Assembly (NCBI GenBank): GCA_001275005.1 | Contig: JWZX01003090.1 | Coordinates: 1 to 64,000 of the forward strand | Origin: Chrysochromulina tobinii | Taxonomy: Eukaryota | Reading direction: 5' to 3' | Length of the DNA stretch: 64,000 bases | Part shown: positions 38,418-49,667 of the stretch, piece after piece | How positions within the stretch are numbered: the first letter of the stretch is position 1 | Layout of the letters: each line of letters opens with the position of its first letter | Notes under the pieces: generated by a model | What the model was told of the DNA's origin: nothing | What the model saw: only the letters and a program-made list of their open reading frames with translations | Databases searched by the model: none | Translations under genes and position numbers: made by a program

Positions 38418-40694
38418 TCACAGCGCCTGCACCTCGTTGTTGGCAGCCATTTGCTGAGCGCGCGGCGAGAGGTCAAACTCTGGCTCAAACTCTGGCGGTG
38501 GCGGCGGTCGCATGCCGCCCAGGCCGAGCGTGGGCACGCCGGGAGCGCCGAGCACCGGCAGGGCTCGCTGACCACCCACGCCGCCTCCCCCGCCACCCGA
38601 CGAAATGGATCGCTGGTGGGCTCCCGGCGGAGGTGGCCTGACGCTCGGTGGCGGCGGCGGTGAATGCATCGAGGGCGGCGGTGGCAGCATCGGGCGCGGA
38701 GGGCCCGCGCGCATGCCCATGCTCGGTGGCGGTGGCGGTTGGTGCTGCGGCGGAAAGCGCGGCGGCGGCTGCGCGCCCATGCCAGGCGGTAGCGGGCGCG
38801 CCCCCATAGCGGGCGGTGGCGGCCACGCGCCGTTGCCGGGCGGCGGCGAACGCGGCGGAGGCGACATCTGCGGCGAGCGCGGTTGCATCGGCGGCGGTAT
38901 TCCCATACCGGGCGGCGGCGGCCGCGCGCCGCTGCCGGGCGGCGCTGGTCGCTGTCCGGGCCCCATGCCCGGAGGCGGCGGGGGCGGGCGTGCCCCCATA
39001 CCGGGCGGTGGCGGCCGCGCGCCGTTGCCGGGCGGCGGCGGTCGCGGTCCGGGGCCCATGCCCGGAGGCGGCGCGACGCTCCTAGGCACTACGTGGTGAA
39101 GGGCGGCTGGTCGCCCCGGCACACCGGAATCGGAAGCTGCTGTGCCCAAGCCCCTTTCGGGCGGTGGCGGGCGCGCGCCAATGCCAGTTGGCGGTGGTCG
39201 CATGCCGAGCGTGACGTCCGCCGAGCTTCCAATGAGGGCTGGCGGAGGGGCTGAGGGGCGTGGGCGCGCGGAGCCCGCCTTGCCCGAATGCGGGAGACCG
39301 TTCTCGCGACAGTAGAGAGCGAAGCCGGCCGCATCGGGGTCGAAGCACGAGAGGAAGCTGGCGAGCGATGCCTGCTCGGGCAGGTGCGGCACCAGCGGCT
39401 CCTTCCCTTCCAGCCACTTGAGCAAATGCACGCGCGTGCACGCGATCAAAGCGAGAGGCAGCTCGAGGTGCTTGCCAGGCGATACGGTAGCGATGCCGTT
39501 CTCCACGAGGATCGTGTAGCTCGGATTCACTGTGGGCTGGTTCGAGTTGCTGCTGCTGCTGCCGCCGCCGCCGCCGCCGCCGCTGCTCAGGAGCAGAACC
39601 ACGCCATCCGATTCCCGCCCAAGCACCGCGGACCGCACTATGCACCGGCTCAGGTAGCTCAGGAACTTGAGCATCAGCGGGTCCTCCGCCGCCGCGGCGA
39701 CGGCGGCCTCGGCGGCAGCAGCCTGCTTGGCGGCGAGCGATTCGCGCTCGTTCGCGAGCACCCGCATGTGCTCGGCAATCCACGGGTGCTCGCGAAGCTC
39801 TGCCATCGGCATGCGGAGGTTTGGGTCAGTAGCGAGCAATTTGCTCACCACGCTCTTGGCCGGGCTGGAGATGTGCTTCCAGTCGGGCGATGACATGCCG
39901 AGGCGGCCACGGCATATTTCGCGCATGAGCATCTCGACGGGCTGCTCCTGGTCAAACGGCGCAGCGCCGCTCAGCATCACGTATAGCGCCACGCCCATCG
40001 ACCACAGGTCGACGCGCTCGTCGTAGCGTGGCGGTGGCGGACCTCTAGGGTCGGCAAAAAACCACGGCGTCACCTCGGGCGCGGCGTACAGAGGCGTGCC
40101 GCAGAGGTCGCCGAGCCCCGCCTCGGTTAGGAAGCCGGCCGCGCCCATGTCGATGATCTTGAGACGATTGCGCGATTTGTCTGTGAAGCAAACATTCTCG
40201 GGCTTCAGGTCACGGTGGACGATGCCCGCCTTGTGCAACTCTGAGATCGCGTCGGTCATCTGCGCGAAGAGGCGCATAGCTTTTTGCTCATTATACGCGC
40301 CGCGCTCCTCGATGGGCGAGAGCAGGTCGCCGCCCGCCACTAGCTCCATGGCCAGGTATACACACCCGGGCGTGCTGATGATCTCCTTCATCTGCACGAT
40401 GCCCGGGTGGTCTGGCACCGCACGCAGGATAGTCACCTCGTCGCGCAGTCCTTCGCACGACTGCTGCAGCCCTCCATCAAGCTTGAACGCCTTGAGCGCG
40501 TACGTCTTGCCATCAGCCAGACAGACGCCCTCATACACGGAAGCCGTCATCCCTTCGCCAAGCTTCCTCTTCACGAGGTAAACTTCATCAACAGAAGAGG
40601 CAACCACGACGTTGCGCAGGTTGAGCACCTCGGCGGCGTGTTCTTTGGGGGCTTTACCAACGAGGCGTTTGATTGCCGCGAACCAGGAGGGCAT
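38418..40694 (-). CDS. CAMK-family Ser/Thr kinase with a proline-rich repeat C-terminus
   Basis: LGEG..ASV, YALK, HRDLKPEN, IIDMG, CGTPLYAAPE, DLWSMGV, then repeated PPPPG(M/N)GARP. Confidence 0.9.
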   Translation of the reverse strand: MPSWFAAIKRLVGKAPKEHAAEVLNLRNVVVASSVDEVYLVKRKLGEGMTASVYEGVCLADGKTYALKAFKLDGGLQQSCEGLRDEVTILRAVPDHPGIVQMKEIISTPGCVYLAMELVAGGDLLSPIEERGAYNEQKAMRLFAQMTDAISELHKAGIVHRDLKPENVCFTDKSRNRLKIIDMGAAGFLTEAGLGDLCGTPLYAAPEVTPWFFADPRGPPPPRYDERVDLWSMGVALYVMLSGAAPFDQEQPVEMLMREICRGRLGMSSPDWKHISSPAKSVVSKLLATDPNLRMPMAELREHPWIAEHMRVLANERESLAAKQAAAAEAAVAAAAEDPLMLKFLSYLSRCIVRSAVLGRESDGVVLLLSSGGGGGGGSSSSNSNQPTVNPSYTILVENGIATVSPGKHLELPLALIACTRVHLLKWLEGKEPLVPHLPEQASLASFLSCFDPDAAGFALYCRENGLPHSGKAGSARPRPSAPPPALIGSSADVTLGMRPPPTGIGARPPPPERGLGTAASDSGVPGRPAALHHVVPRSVAPPPGMGPGPRPPPPGNGARPPPPGMGARPPPPPPGMGPGQRPAPPGSGARPPPPGMGIPPPMQPRSPQMSPPPRSPPPGNGAWPPPPAMGARPLPPGMGAQPPPRFPPQHQPPPPPSMGMRAGPPRPMLPPPPSMHSPPPPPSVRPPPPGAHQRSISSGGGGGGVGGQRALPVLGAPGVPTLGLGGMRPPPPPEFEPEFDLSPRAQQMAANNEVQAL

Positions 40695-40963
40695 GGGAAG
40701 TTGGGCCGTCGGCCGCAAGAGCGCCTCCGTGGGGTGCACCGCAACTCGCACTGTGCCAAATTCCGTCGCCGGAGCCGCCTAAAATTGTCATAAAGAGGCG
40801 GATTGGGGCGGCGCAGGGGCGGAGTAGGTGCCGGGGGTATCCGAATCAAACGACGTGTGTGTTTTTGACGCTTAGTGACGCGCTTCTTGTTGTCCCTCAT
40901 CGCGCTTCGATTCTCCGGCGCCGCTCTCCCTTGCGCATCTACCTTCTCTAACGACCGTACAAA

Positions 40964-42145
40964 ATGTGGGCTATCCTCAAGCAGGCCGCAACCGAGACGG
41001 GCATTCTCGACTCCCTGGAGGCTGTCGCGCAGGCTGCGCTCGCAGAGGCTCCGTCGTCGACGAGTGGCGGATCACAGTTCGCTGGCGTCGCCGCCGCCGC
41101 TATCGGGCAACTTAGCGGGATCTTGGAGCGTGGCGCACTGCGAGAGACGATGCCGGTAGTCAGCACGGCGGGAGAGCTGCAGCTGCCGCTGCTTGCAGCA
41201 AAACTCTCTATGCTCGCCTACACGGCCGATTCCGATGCTCTCAACCGCGAAGTGGCCGAGCTGGTGCCGGGTGCGCGGCTCCTTTCTTACCCGTCACATG
41301 AGCAGTGCTGGTTCCTCGCTCGGGGCCGGCCTGTGGGCAGCGATCGAGACGACGCCCTCATCCTTGTATTCCGCGGCACCTGCTCGACGCACGACCTTGA
41401 GTTGGACCTGCTCGTGGCCCCGGAAGCTGGACCGAAAGGGGGCCTTTTCCATGGTGGCTTCCTGAGGGCAGTCCGCGACGACACCACGCTGCACACCGCG
41501 CTTACTGAGAACGCGCGTGGCAGCGTGCCGCTCTACGTATTTGGGCACTCGCTTGGCGGCGCGCTCGCCATGACGCTACTGCATGCCGACCTGTTGCCGG
41601 CGGCGCACGTGGGGCAAGTCACCTGCGTGGCGCTCGGCTCGCCAAAGGTGTCTTGCGGTCCGCCGCCACAGCCTCCTCGCCCCATGCGGTTACTACTGCT
41701 CGTTAATGGCCAGGACGCTGTGCCGCGCCTGCTCGGCTCACCCATGCCCGTGCTGCAAGCCGCCACCCAAGCCCTGATCGCACGAGGCTCAACCGGACTG
41801 CCGAGCAAGGCGCTGCTGGAGCTGCTCGCCCAGTTCGCACATCCGGAGAGTCTCGAGATCCTCTTCCTGACGGGTCGGCGAGCTAAGCGGGTGCCCGCCG
41901 ACCGGGCCTCACGCGAGGCAGTGCTCCATCTGACCGATGGGCTTGCGCCTTGGTCCGTGAAGGACCACGCGATCTCGACCTACGTCGAGGCGCTTGAGAG
42001 CACCATCAAGCTGAGCACCATCAGCCCGTCCGCGCCCGCGCTCGGAAGCCAGCCGACAGGCTGGCAACGAGCGGTGTCGGACGACGGGCATGCATACTTC
42101 TACAACGAGCGTGGGGAGACGAGATGGACGAGGCCACAAGCCTGA
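40964..42145 (+). CDS. Class 3 lipase with a C-terminal WW domain
   Basis: LVFRGT, FHGGF, VFGHSLGG, GSP, D.VPRL, DH.I..Y. WW domain PTGW...GHAYFYN...ETRWTRP. Confidence 0.88.
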   Translation: MWAILKQAATETGILDSLEAVAQAALAEAPSSTSGGSQFAGVAAAAIGQLSGILERGALRETMPVVSTAGELQLPLLAAKLSMLAYTADSDALNREVAELVPGARLLSYPSHEQCWFLARGRPVGSDRDDALILVFRGTCSTHDLELDLLVAPEAGPKGGLFHGGFLRAVRDDTTLHTALTENARGSVPLYVFGHSLGGALAMTLLHADLLPAAHVGQVTCVALGSPKVSCGPPPQPPRPMRLLLLVNGQDAVPRLLGSPMPVLQAATQALIARGSTGLPSKALLELLAQFAHPESLEILFLTGRRAKRVPADRASREAVLHLTDGLAPWSVKDHAISTYVEALESTIKLSTISPSAPALGSQPTGWQRAVSDDGHAYFYNERGETRWTRPQA

Positions 42146-42459
42146 GACACACACACCTCTGAAATCGTGACGGATGCGACCTGAATGCTGAGAGCCTGCG
42201 AGTGAGTGAGGCACGCGAGAGCCTGTAGAGCGTGGCTGAGACTCTGACTCAGATCTCAGTGTCGCGCTCGGTCGTTTCGGCAGTGTGTATTTTGTGCTCA
42301 CGCACGGCTTTTGAGTTACTTGTACTATTGAGTTGAGTGCCTCCTCGCCTCGCCGTGGAGTGCTTTCTTTCATCTTTCTCTGCACCTCGCTCTTGCCGGA
42401 CTGAAATCGTTCCTGACCCAAAGGGGGACAAACTTGGGAGAGTGCGAGCCGCGTCCACG

Positions 42460-43519
42460 ATGGGTGCAACGCAGAGCCGAGAAGACGCGGCCGACTTCTT
42501 CCAGAACCCTGGTGGTCAACCAGTGCCCGGTGAGTGTACGCCTTCGCTGCCCGTCGATCATGAGGCCGCCTCCCGGTCATCATTCGTGGCCCCAAGGGTC
42601 CTTGAGGCTGGACACGATGATGAGCCTAAGTGATGCCACACTCTGTCGTCTGGCGCACCCCTGGCCCTGCGTGCGCGCGCGCCGCGGATTACTACTGACG
42701 GGCGCGCCTGGTTCACCTTCGCAGGTGCCGCGCCGGGCAGCAGCGACGCCGGCATGGACGCGACCGATCCGGGCGAGCGCCAGCCCGCACAGCCGGTGCC
42801 GACGGTGCTGCAATGGTCACTGGGAGGTGCTTCTGTTTATGTGACGGGCTCGTTCAACCAATGGGGTGAGCGCATCCCAATGCGGCGCAGCGGGGCGGAC
42901 CACGTCGTCTGCCTCAATCTATTGGCGGGCACATATCAGTATAAGTTCATCGTTGACAACGAGTGGCGGTATGCAGCCGACCAGCCTACAGTGCGCGACG
43001 AGATGGGCAACATCAACAACTGCCTGACCGTCGAGGACCAGACGCTGTACCTGCAGGAGGATCCTTGCTCGGGCTTCTTCGGCAACAACCCGGCCAACTT
43101 TTACACGCAGGCGCTGCCCGACGAGATCACGCTCGCCAAGGAGCCTCCGAGCGTGCCCGCGCACCTCGGCGTGCTCTCGCTCAACCAGACGACGGTGCGC
43201 GAGGCGCGCACTGCCTCGTGGACGCTGCGCGAGCCGCTCCCAGTCACGCTGACTCACATTTGCTCGCTGCGCCAAGCCAATACCACAACCCTATCGTGCA
43301 CCCATCGCTTCCGAAACAAGTACGTGACGCTCATCATCTACAAGCCGGAGTACAAGCAGCAGCTTGACGGCTGGCAGCAGCGGGAGGCGGCGGCGCAGCA
43401 GGCGGCGGCGCAGCAGCAGCAGGCGGCAGCGATGCTGCAGCAACAGGTACAGATGCAGCAGCAGCAGGAGCAGCAGCAGCAACAGGAGCAGCAGCAGGCG
43501 GCCGCACAGCAGCAGGTGC

Positions 43520-43552
<33 letters not shown>

Positions 43553-44181
43553 TGCTCTACTTGCAGCACCTGCAGCAGCAGCAGCAGCACCTACAGCAGC
43601 AGCAGCACCTACATCATCAGCAGCAGTTACTGCAGCACTTGCAGCAGCAGCAACAGTCGGTTGCAATGCCGCCGCCGCTCCCGCCGGGTGCACTGCCGTG
43701 GGTCATGGCTCATAATGCGTCCACCTCGCAGGCAGCGCATCAACGCGTCAGCTGGGCGCAGCCAGGTGCACCGCAGGGACTGCATCCGTACATGACGCCC
43801 CTCCCGCAGGCGCCAGCGCCTATGGGGCCGCCGAGCGCCCCGGTGCCCGGCAGCGCGCCGCCGCCACTCTTCAAGCTGCCGCCGACGCCGGGCGCCTTGC
43901 AACCGCCGCCATCGATGATGCTCGGAGCCGCGGCCGGTTCGGACTTGGGCATGGGCAACATGCCGCCGCCGCCGATGGTTCCTCCGGGCTATTGCGCGGC
44001 CGCGTTGGCCGCTGGTGCGCATGGGATGAGCACAGCAATTAGCACAGCCCAGTCCATGGAGATTAGCTCTCGGCACAACTCCCACGCAACCCTCATGGAC
44101 ACCGACCAGGTACTTCGCTTAACGTCCTGGACCGGCGCCACCGCGCCTCCGGAGTCGCGCACGGACGTAGTCATGAGGTGA
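42460..44181 (+). CDS. AMPK/SnRK1 beta subunit with polyQ and Pro-rich extension. Exons 42460-42529 and 42725-44181
   Basis: Myristoylation-type start MGATQS. CBM48 motifs VYVTGSFNQW and GTYQYKFIVDNEW. ASC-like end THRFRNKYVT.IIYKP. In-frame GTGAGT...CGCAG intron. Confidence 0.9.
43357..43656 (+). repeat. Interrupted CAG (polyglutamine) tract
   Basis: About 300 nt of CAG-rich coding sequence. Confidence 0.9.
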
Positions 44182-44439
44182 CCGGCGACGCTCATGAGCG
44201 CCCTAGGGGCGGTGTTCTGGCGCCGGTGCTGGCGCTGGCCCTGGCTGAGTGTGGAACCTGATTGCGGACCGTGATACAAGTACTACTCTTACTTGTAGAC
44301 GCAAGGGTGATACAATGTCGCGTCGTGCTGCGTCGTTGATGTTGCGACGCCCAATGTTGTCCAGTGTGTCTGTGAAGCCCGCCTATCAGCAGGTTCACGA
44401 GAACCGAATTTCGCCAACCATCCACATCGCAGAGTGGAC

Positions 44440-46770
44440 ATGCCGTCCAACACCGATCTCGAGGCCGAGAAAGCCAAGATGCGCCGGAACATGGAAGCAT
44501 TGTACGGTGCTCTTGGCAACGCACCCATCGTGGGCAGTGTTGTCAAGTCGCCGCCGCCTTCTGCGCTGCACTTGCCATCCGCGCCGCCTCGCACCATGGA
44601 CCGCAAGGAGCTGCCAAGGTCACCTCGCGCCCCCCTCCTGGCCACTGCGCGGATCGAACAGGAGTCGCCCCTTGGCACCGTCGCCCCGTCGTCCCAGCCG
44701 CCGTTGCTCATGGCAGTAACCTCAGCTGCGCCCACGATGCCGCCCATACCAAAACCACAAACAGCAACGCCAACCGAGCATGGTACAATCATCGCGCTCA
44801 ACGGCGAGCTTCAGGAGACGCGCGGTGCGCTCGAGGCTGAGCGACTTGCCTCGGCGCAGCTCAGCACGCAGTTGGCTGAGATGGGCGGCAAGGTGGCGCG
44901 CATGGTGACGGAGCGTGATACGGAGCGAGCGGAGCTGCAACGTGCCCGTACTGAACAGCGGCAAGCAGAGGACCAGGCGCGCGCCGTGCGTGTCTCGCAG
45001 GACGACGCGCTCCGTCGCTTGCACGCCATGCAACAGGAGGTGACGAGCGCCCGGTATGCCCACGAGCGAGCTCTGGCCGAGGCGCGGGCGGAGCGCGACG
45101 CGGCAGTCCAGGCGCTGCAGCGGAGCGAGGCTGAGACGCAGCGTGTCGCACTGGGGAGCGGCGGCGAGGCACAGGCCCTCCGCGCCGAGGCGGCGAGCCT
45201 GCGCGAGCAAGTTGGCCGGCTCCAAGCAGATCTGCGCCACGCCCAAGACAACGCACGACGCGGGCAGCACGCGCTAAAGCAGCAGTTGGAAGCAGAGCTG
45301 CACACCGCCCAAACAGAGTTGCGCACCGCCCAAGCAGAGTTGTGCAACGCCCAAGCAGAGCTGCGCAACGCCCAAGCAGAGCTGCGCAACGCCCAAGCAG
45401 AGCTGTGCGATGCCCAAGACAACGCGCTACGCGAGCGGCACGCGCTCGAGCAGCAGCTGGTGCAGGCGACGGCCAAGGCGGCCGAGGCGACGGCCAAGGC
45501 GGCAGCGCGTAGCTCGGCTGTCAGCTCTCGAGCAGATGCAACTCTCGCGCAGATGGCCGCGGATGGGGTCGCCGCAACCGAGTTTGTGCAGGCGGCCGTG
45601 GTTGACTTGGACGGCTTTGCCCGTGCCCTCGCCGTCGAAGCTAAGGCGCAGCGCTCGCCGCTGATGATGCCCGACGCGGTCGCAGGTAAAACATTTTCGT
45701 CCTCGTTCGCCCTTGCACCGCCGCTCATCGTGGCTGCCTCCGCTGTAGCGACGCCCGCTGCTGCGACACCGCCTCTGAGCGCGCTGCCAGGCTCGGCGGC
45801 GGCGGCGGCGGCGGTCGTGCGCGTGGCGGAGCTCGAGGCGACAGTCGCCGAGCTCGAGGCACGCCTGCAGATGCAGAGCGAGCGCGGTGCCGACGCGGTG
45901 CACACTCGACAGCACGAGTCCGCCGCACGTGCGGTCGCCGCGCGTGAGGCCGAGGTGCGGGCGGCCGAGGTGTGGGCGGCTGCACGCGCCGAGGGTCTCC
46001 TGGAGGGCGAGCAGCGCGCGCGCGACGAGCTCGCACATGCTGTGCGTGCGGCAGGGCAGCGTGTGGCCGAGCTCGAAGCAGCCACAGCCGCGGCGCATGA
46101 GGAGCGCGTGGCGGCGCTGGCGCTGGCGAAGCAGCACGAGGACGCTCGGGCCGAGCAAGAGAAGATGCTGTTGCAGCGCATCGAGGTCCTCGAGGAGCGC
46201 CGGCGCGAGACAACGCGCGAACAAGCCGAGGCGGAGGCAGCGCGGCGCGAGGCGGAGGCAGCGAACACTGCCAAGGCGACGGCCGAGTCACGGCTGGCCG
46301 AGCGTGAGCAGCAGCTGACAGCCTTCGAGGCCGAGCGTCGTGCATGGCGCGCCGACCTCGAGGCGAGTGGGCAGCGCGTGCGAGCCCTCGAGGCGGCGGT
46401 CGAGAAGCACGAGCAGCTGAAGAAAGCCTTCGAACGTGACATCGCCGACATGAAAGTGAACGCCGAGCGACGCGCGCGAGAAAAGCTTGCCGTGCGTGAA
46501 ATGTCGGACGAGGCGCGTGCAACCGCCGCCGCTCGCCCCTCCGTTGAGCTCCTCAAGGAGAATGAGCGGCTGCGGCGCGAGCTCAATGAGATGCACCGAG
46601 AGGGCGCGCGGCGCACCAACGAGGCCGTGGCGGCGATGGCCTCGCTCGCGGCCCGACAGGTGGGCCGCGGCCTCAACCCCTCAGACCATGAGGCTGCAAG
46701 CCCAGCCCGCGCCGCAAGCCCTCGCCGCGGCGGCGGTGGCAACGCGCCGCTCTTCAAAGATCTCGACTGA
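44440..46770 (+). CDS. Long coiled-coil protein of unknown function
   Basis: Ala/Glu/Arg-rich heptads. 21-bp repeat (AQAELRN) at ~45290-45420. Confidence 0.75.
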   Translation: MPSNTDLEAEKAKMRRNMEALYGALGNAPIVGSVVKSPPPSALHLPSAPPRTMDRKELPRSPRAPLLATARIEQESPLGTVAPSSQPPLLMAVTSAAPTMPPIPKPQTATPTEHGTIIALNGELQETRGALEAERLASAQLSTQLAEMGGKVARMVTERDTERAELQRARTEQRQAEDQARAVRVSQDDALRRLHAMQQEVTSARYAHERALAEARAERDAAVQALQRSEAETQRVALGSGGEAQALRAEAASLREQVGRLQADLRHAQDNARRGQHALKQQLEAELHTAQTELRTAQAELCNAQAELRNAQAELRNAQAELCDAQDNALRERHALEQQLVQATAKAAEATAKAAARSSAVSSRADATLAQMAADGVAATEFVQAAVVDLDGFARALAVEAKAQRSPLMMPDAVAGKTFSSSFALAPPLIVAASAVATPAAATPPLSALPGSAAAAAAVVRVAELEATVAELEARLQMQSERGADAVHTRQHESAARAVAAREAEVRAAEVWAAARAEGLLEGEQRARDELAHAVRAAGQRVAELEAATAAAHEERVAALALAKQHEDARAEQEKMLLQRIEVLEERRRETTREQAEAEAARREAEAANTAKATAESRLAEREQQLTAFEAERRAWRADLEASGQRVRALEAAVEKHEQLKKAFERDIADMKVNAERRAREKLAVREMSDEARATAAARPSVELLKENERLRRELNEMHREGARRTNEAVAAMASLAARQVGRGLNPSDHEAASPARAASPRRGGGGNAPLFKDLD

Positions 46771-46792
46771 TCTCGACTGATCTCGACTGATC
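46759..46792. repeat. (GATCTCGACT)x3 tandem repeat over the stop codon
   Basis: Read directly from the sequence. Confidence 0.9.
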
Positions 46793-47364
46793 AGAGCTCT
46801 TAGCTCTTTGAGCCTCGTTAGAGAGCGCTCTGCAGGTGCTTGCCGTCGCCAGCGTGAGAGGGGGAGAGCGACATCGAGCACGTCGGGTTCAAACCACAAC
46901 GCGAAACGAACCCACGGGCGCCGGTATGCGGTATTCGTGAGGCGCGCGGACGACGTGGAGCATCTTCGCCACAACTAAGCGATACGCTAGAAGGACGTCG
47001 CGGCGGGGATTGCGCGACGCCGTGCGAGCAGTCTGGTGCGCCGCTGCACGCGTATGGGTCGTGGCGCAGCCACCTAAGCCACGCGCTACGCTTGTGGTGC
47101 TTGACGGCCCGTGACGTTGAGCCGCTTGCACGATTCGACAGTCGTGCAGTCTGTGCAGATCTCGCTTCTCGGGACTCGGCGGGGACCGGCGACGCTTCGG
47201 CTTCGCGCGCGAACGGCCGGCTGCGGCCTCCCGATAGACCGGATCGGATGAAAAGATCGGATGAAAAAAACTCTACTACACGAATATGATATACCATCTC
47301 GGAGGATTTTAGATATAAGTTCCCTCGATAAGCGTAAGTTTTAGTTCCCGGGTCGACCCGGGAC

Positions 47365-48258
47365 TCACTCAGCCAGTCGGAAGCCAGAGTGTACTGCCAC
47401 CGTGCCAAACGTGAGGTTGGTGTACGTGACGGAGCGCATACCGGCCTCGCGCATCATGGTGGCGAACTGCTCCTGCTTGGGGAACTGGCGGATGGACTCG
47501 ACGAGGTACTGGTATGAGGCGCGATCCGAAGCCACCAGCTCGCCCATGCGCGGGATCACGTTGAACGAGTAGTGCTCATATGCCTTCGCCAGCATCGGGT
47601 TGGTCACGTGCGAAAACTCGAGGCACACAAAACGCCCGCCCGGCCGCAGCACACGATACGCCTCGCGCAGGGCCTCGTCCACACGCGTCACGTTGCGGAT
47701 GCAGAAGGCGATCGTGTACACGTCAAAGCTGCAGTCGTCAAAGGGGAGCCGCCGCGCGTCGGCTGTGAGCCACTCGAGGCGTGGCGCGGGAGGCGAGGCA
47801 AGCGAGGGCATCTGCTCTGCGCGGCGACGGCCCTCGGCGAGCATTGCTGGGTTGATGTCGGACACGACGATACGCGGCGCCTCTCTCTCATTGGGTGACG
47901 TGCCACCTGGAGCAGGCCTTGCACGTGCCATCTCGTGCGCAATGCGGAAGGCAATGTCGCCGGTGCCGCCGCCGACGTCCAGCACCTGCAGGTTGGCTGC
48001 GCCGGGGATCGAGCGGATCCCGAGCATCTCCACCATCGTGTCCTTCCACACGCGATGCACGCCAGCCGACATGACGTCATTCATCAGGTCGTACTTGGAG
48101 GCGACATTCTGAAAGACATGCCCGACGAGGCGCTCCTTATCGTCCTCGGCGACCGTCTGGAAACCAAAGTGTGTCGTACGAGTAGACGAGGCGCTGCCTG
48201 TAGAAGAGCAGAACGCGCGCCGCGCCACCGCTGCCAGTGCTGGCAGTCGCCTTCTCAT
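47365..48258 (-). CDS. COQ5: Mitochondrial ubiquinone biosynthesis C-methyltransferase (UbiE/COQ5)
   Basis: Transit-like N-terminus, THFGFQTV, YDLMNDVMS.G.HR.WKD, LDVGGGTGDIAF, SYQYLVESIR.FP.QE.F. Confidence 0.95.
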   Translation of the reverse strand: MRRRLPALAAVARRAFCSSTGSASSTRTTHFGFQTVAEDDKERLVGHVFQNVASKYDLMNDVMSAGVHRVWKDTMVEMLGIRSIPGAANLQVLDVGGGTGDIAFRIAHEMARARPAPGGTSPNEREAPRIVVSDINPAMLAEGRRRAEQMPSLASPPAPRLEWLTADARRLPFDDCSFDVYTIAFCIRNVTRVDEALREAYRVLRPGGRFVCLEFSHVTNPMLAKAYEHYSFNVIPRMGELVASDRASYQYLVESIRQFPKQEQFATMMREAGMRSVTYTNLTFGTVAVHSGFRLAE

Positions 48259-48453
48259 GCAAAATGTTCTTCAGAATTCACAGTCGTATAGTTCCTACCG
48301 GTACAAAAAGACCGGGGGGGAGCCGGACACAGTCGTTCCGGTAAAACCCACCCGCGAGAGGCCGGATTGCCCATTTCAATACGAAAACCCCCCCGTGTTT
48401 TCTCTGAGTACGATTCTGCATGTTCTCGATTGAGCACACTTTTACAAGCAGCC

Positions 48454-49434
48454 TCAGATGCGCCAAAACTCCTTCGGGAAAATCTCGCGCATGGTGAGAG
48501 CCTTGTCGTAGAGTGGTTCCGCGTCTTGGCGTCGCGAGACGGTGACGATCTCTTGCTTCTTCTTGCTTCGCTTGCCACCGTTGCCTTCTCCCTCGCCCAG
48601 CTCGTCGCTGCCCGCTGGTGCCGAGCCTGCGGCGGCGCCGCCGCTGGTACCGGCAACACCGGGTGCGCGAGGCTCCCGCTCGCGCTTTTGCGCGGCGGCG
48701 ATGGCAGCCACCCCGTAGGTGGGCTCGTTCGAGCTGTCTAGACCGGCTGCCGAGCTGCCGCTCCTCGCGCTGCCTTCTTTCTTTGGGGGCGCACCGAGGT
48801 AGGCGACGCTGCCACGCGCGGGCATCTTGTGCCGCCCGGCGCCCCGGTCGTCCTTCTGCTCCGCGCATCGAATGGTGCACTCGCGTCCATCAATTGACAC
48901 GCTTGGAGGGTCGCCACATTGCTGCAGGCAGTACCTCGCGCCCTTGGCGCTCACAAACGTGACGAAGCCGAAGCCGCGCCCCGGCACGGCGATGGCCTCC
49001 TGCACCTTGCCATACTTGGCAAAATACTTGATGAGCGCGTCGTCCGTCGTCGCGTGCGACAGCCCGCCCACGAAGAGCTTGTTGGAGACAGGCCTGCCGC
49101 TCAGACCGCTACTGCCGGGCCTAACCGTACCGCTCGAAGCATCGGCCGGTGGCTGCTCGATGCCAGAAGCCACGCGAAATGGATCGAGCTCAAGTGCGCC
49201 GGGAGCCGTCTGCAGGTCGAAGGCCTCCTCCGCACTGACGCCGCCAAAAGAGGCCTGCGCGTGCGGCACTTCGCTGTCCTCGTCGTCGTCCTCCGCGGCT
49301 GCAATCGGAGCGCCGGCAGGAGCCTGACGACCTTCCTCCTCGTCCTCGGAGACATCGTCGGTGGGGGCGAGTCCGAGCGTTGGGCGCGAGAGGCCAGCGA
49401 GCGCGTCGTTCTCGTCGTCCTCGTCGTCCGACAT
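48454..49434 (-). CDS. RRM RNA-binding protein with acidic N-terminus
   Basis: RNP2 KLFVGGLS and RNP1 RGFGFVTF. Confidence 0.85.
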   Translation of the reverse strand: MSDDEDDENDALAGLSRPTLGLAPTDDVSEDEEEGRQAPAGAPIAAAEDDDEDSEVPHAQASFGGVSAEEAFDLQTAPGALELDPFRVASGIEQPPADASSGTVRPGSSGLSGRPVSNKLFVGGLSHATTDDALIKYFAKYGKVQEAIAVPGRGFGFVTFVSAKGARYCLQQCGDPPSVSIDGRECTIRCAEQKDDRGAGRHKMPARGSVAYLGAPPKKEGSARSGSSAAGLDSSNEPTYGVAAIAAAQKREREPRAPGVAGTSGGAAAGSAPAGSDELGEGEGNGGKRSKKKQEIVTVSRRQDAEPLYDKALTMREIFPKEFWRI

Positions 49435-49667
49435 GAAGAAGTCTACGGTAAGTTTCAAGAGTGCAAAGCAAACGTTTAAAACTCGCACACACGGAGGAGA
49501 GTCACACCTCCGGAACCCTCGTCGTCACTTCAGCTTCAGGCGTAAAATCGCGTTGTCGCGGTGCGACTTGCGACTGTTGTGCTGACCTTCCACCAGGAGC
49601 ACGGCACGCTGCCGCTGGCGATTGCCGCAGGAGCGTGGCCCACTCCCCCGGCTTCGTTCCGTCAAGC

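Noticed and set aside
44811..46757. 648-aa antisense ORF, and many similar shadow ORFs across the window
   Set aside because: Expected mirror frames of GC-rich coding sequence.
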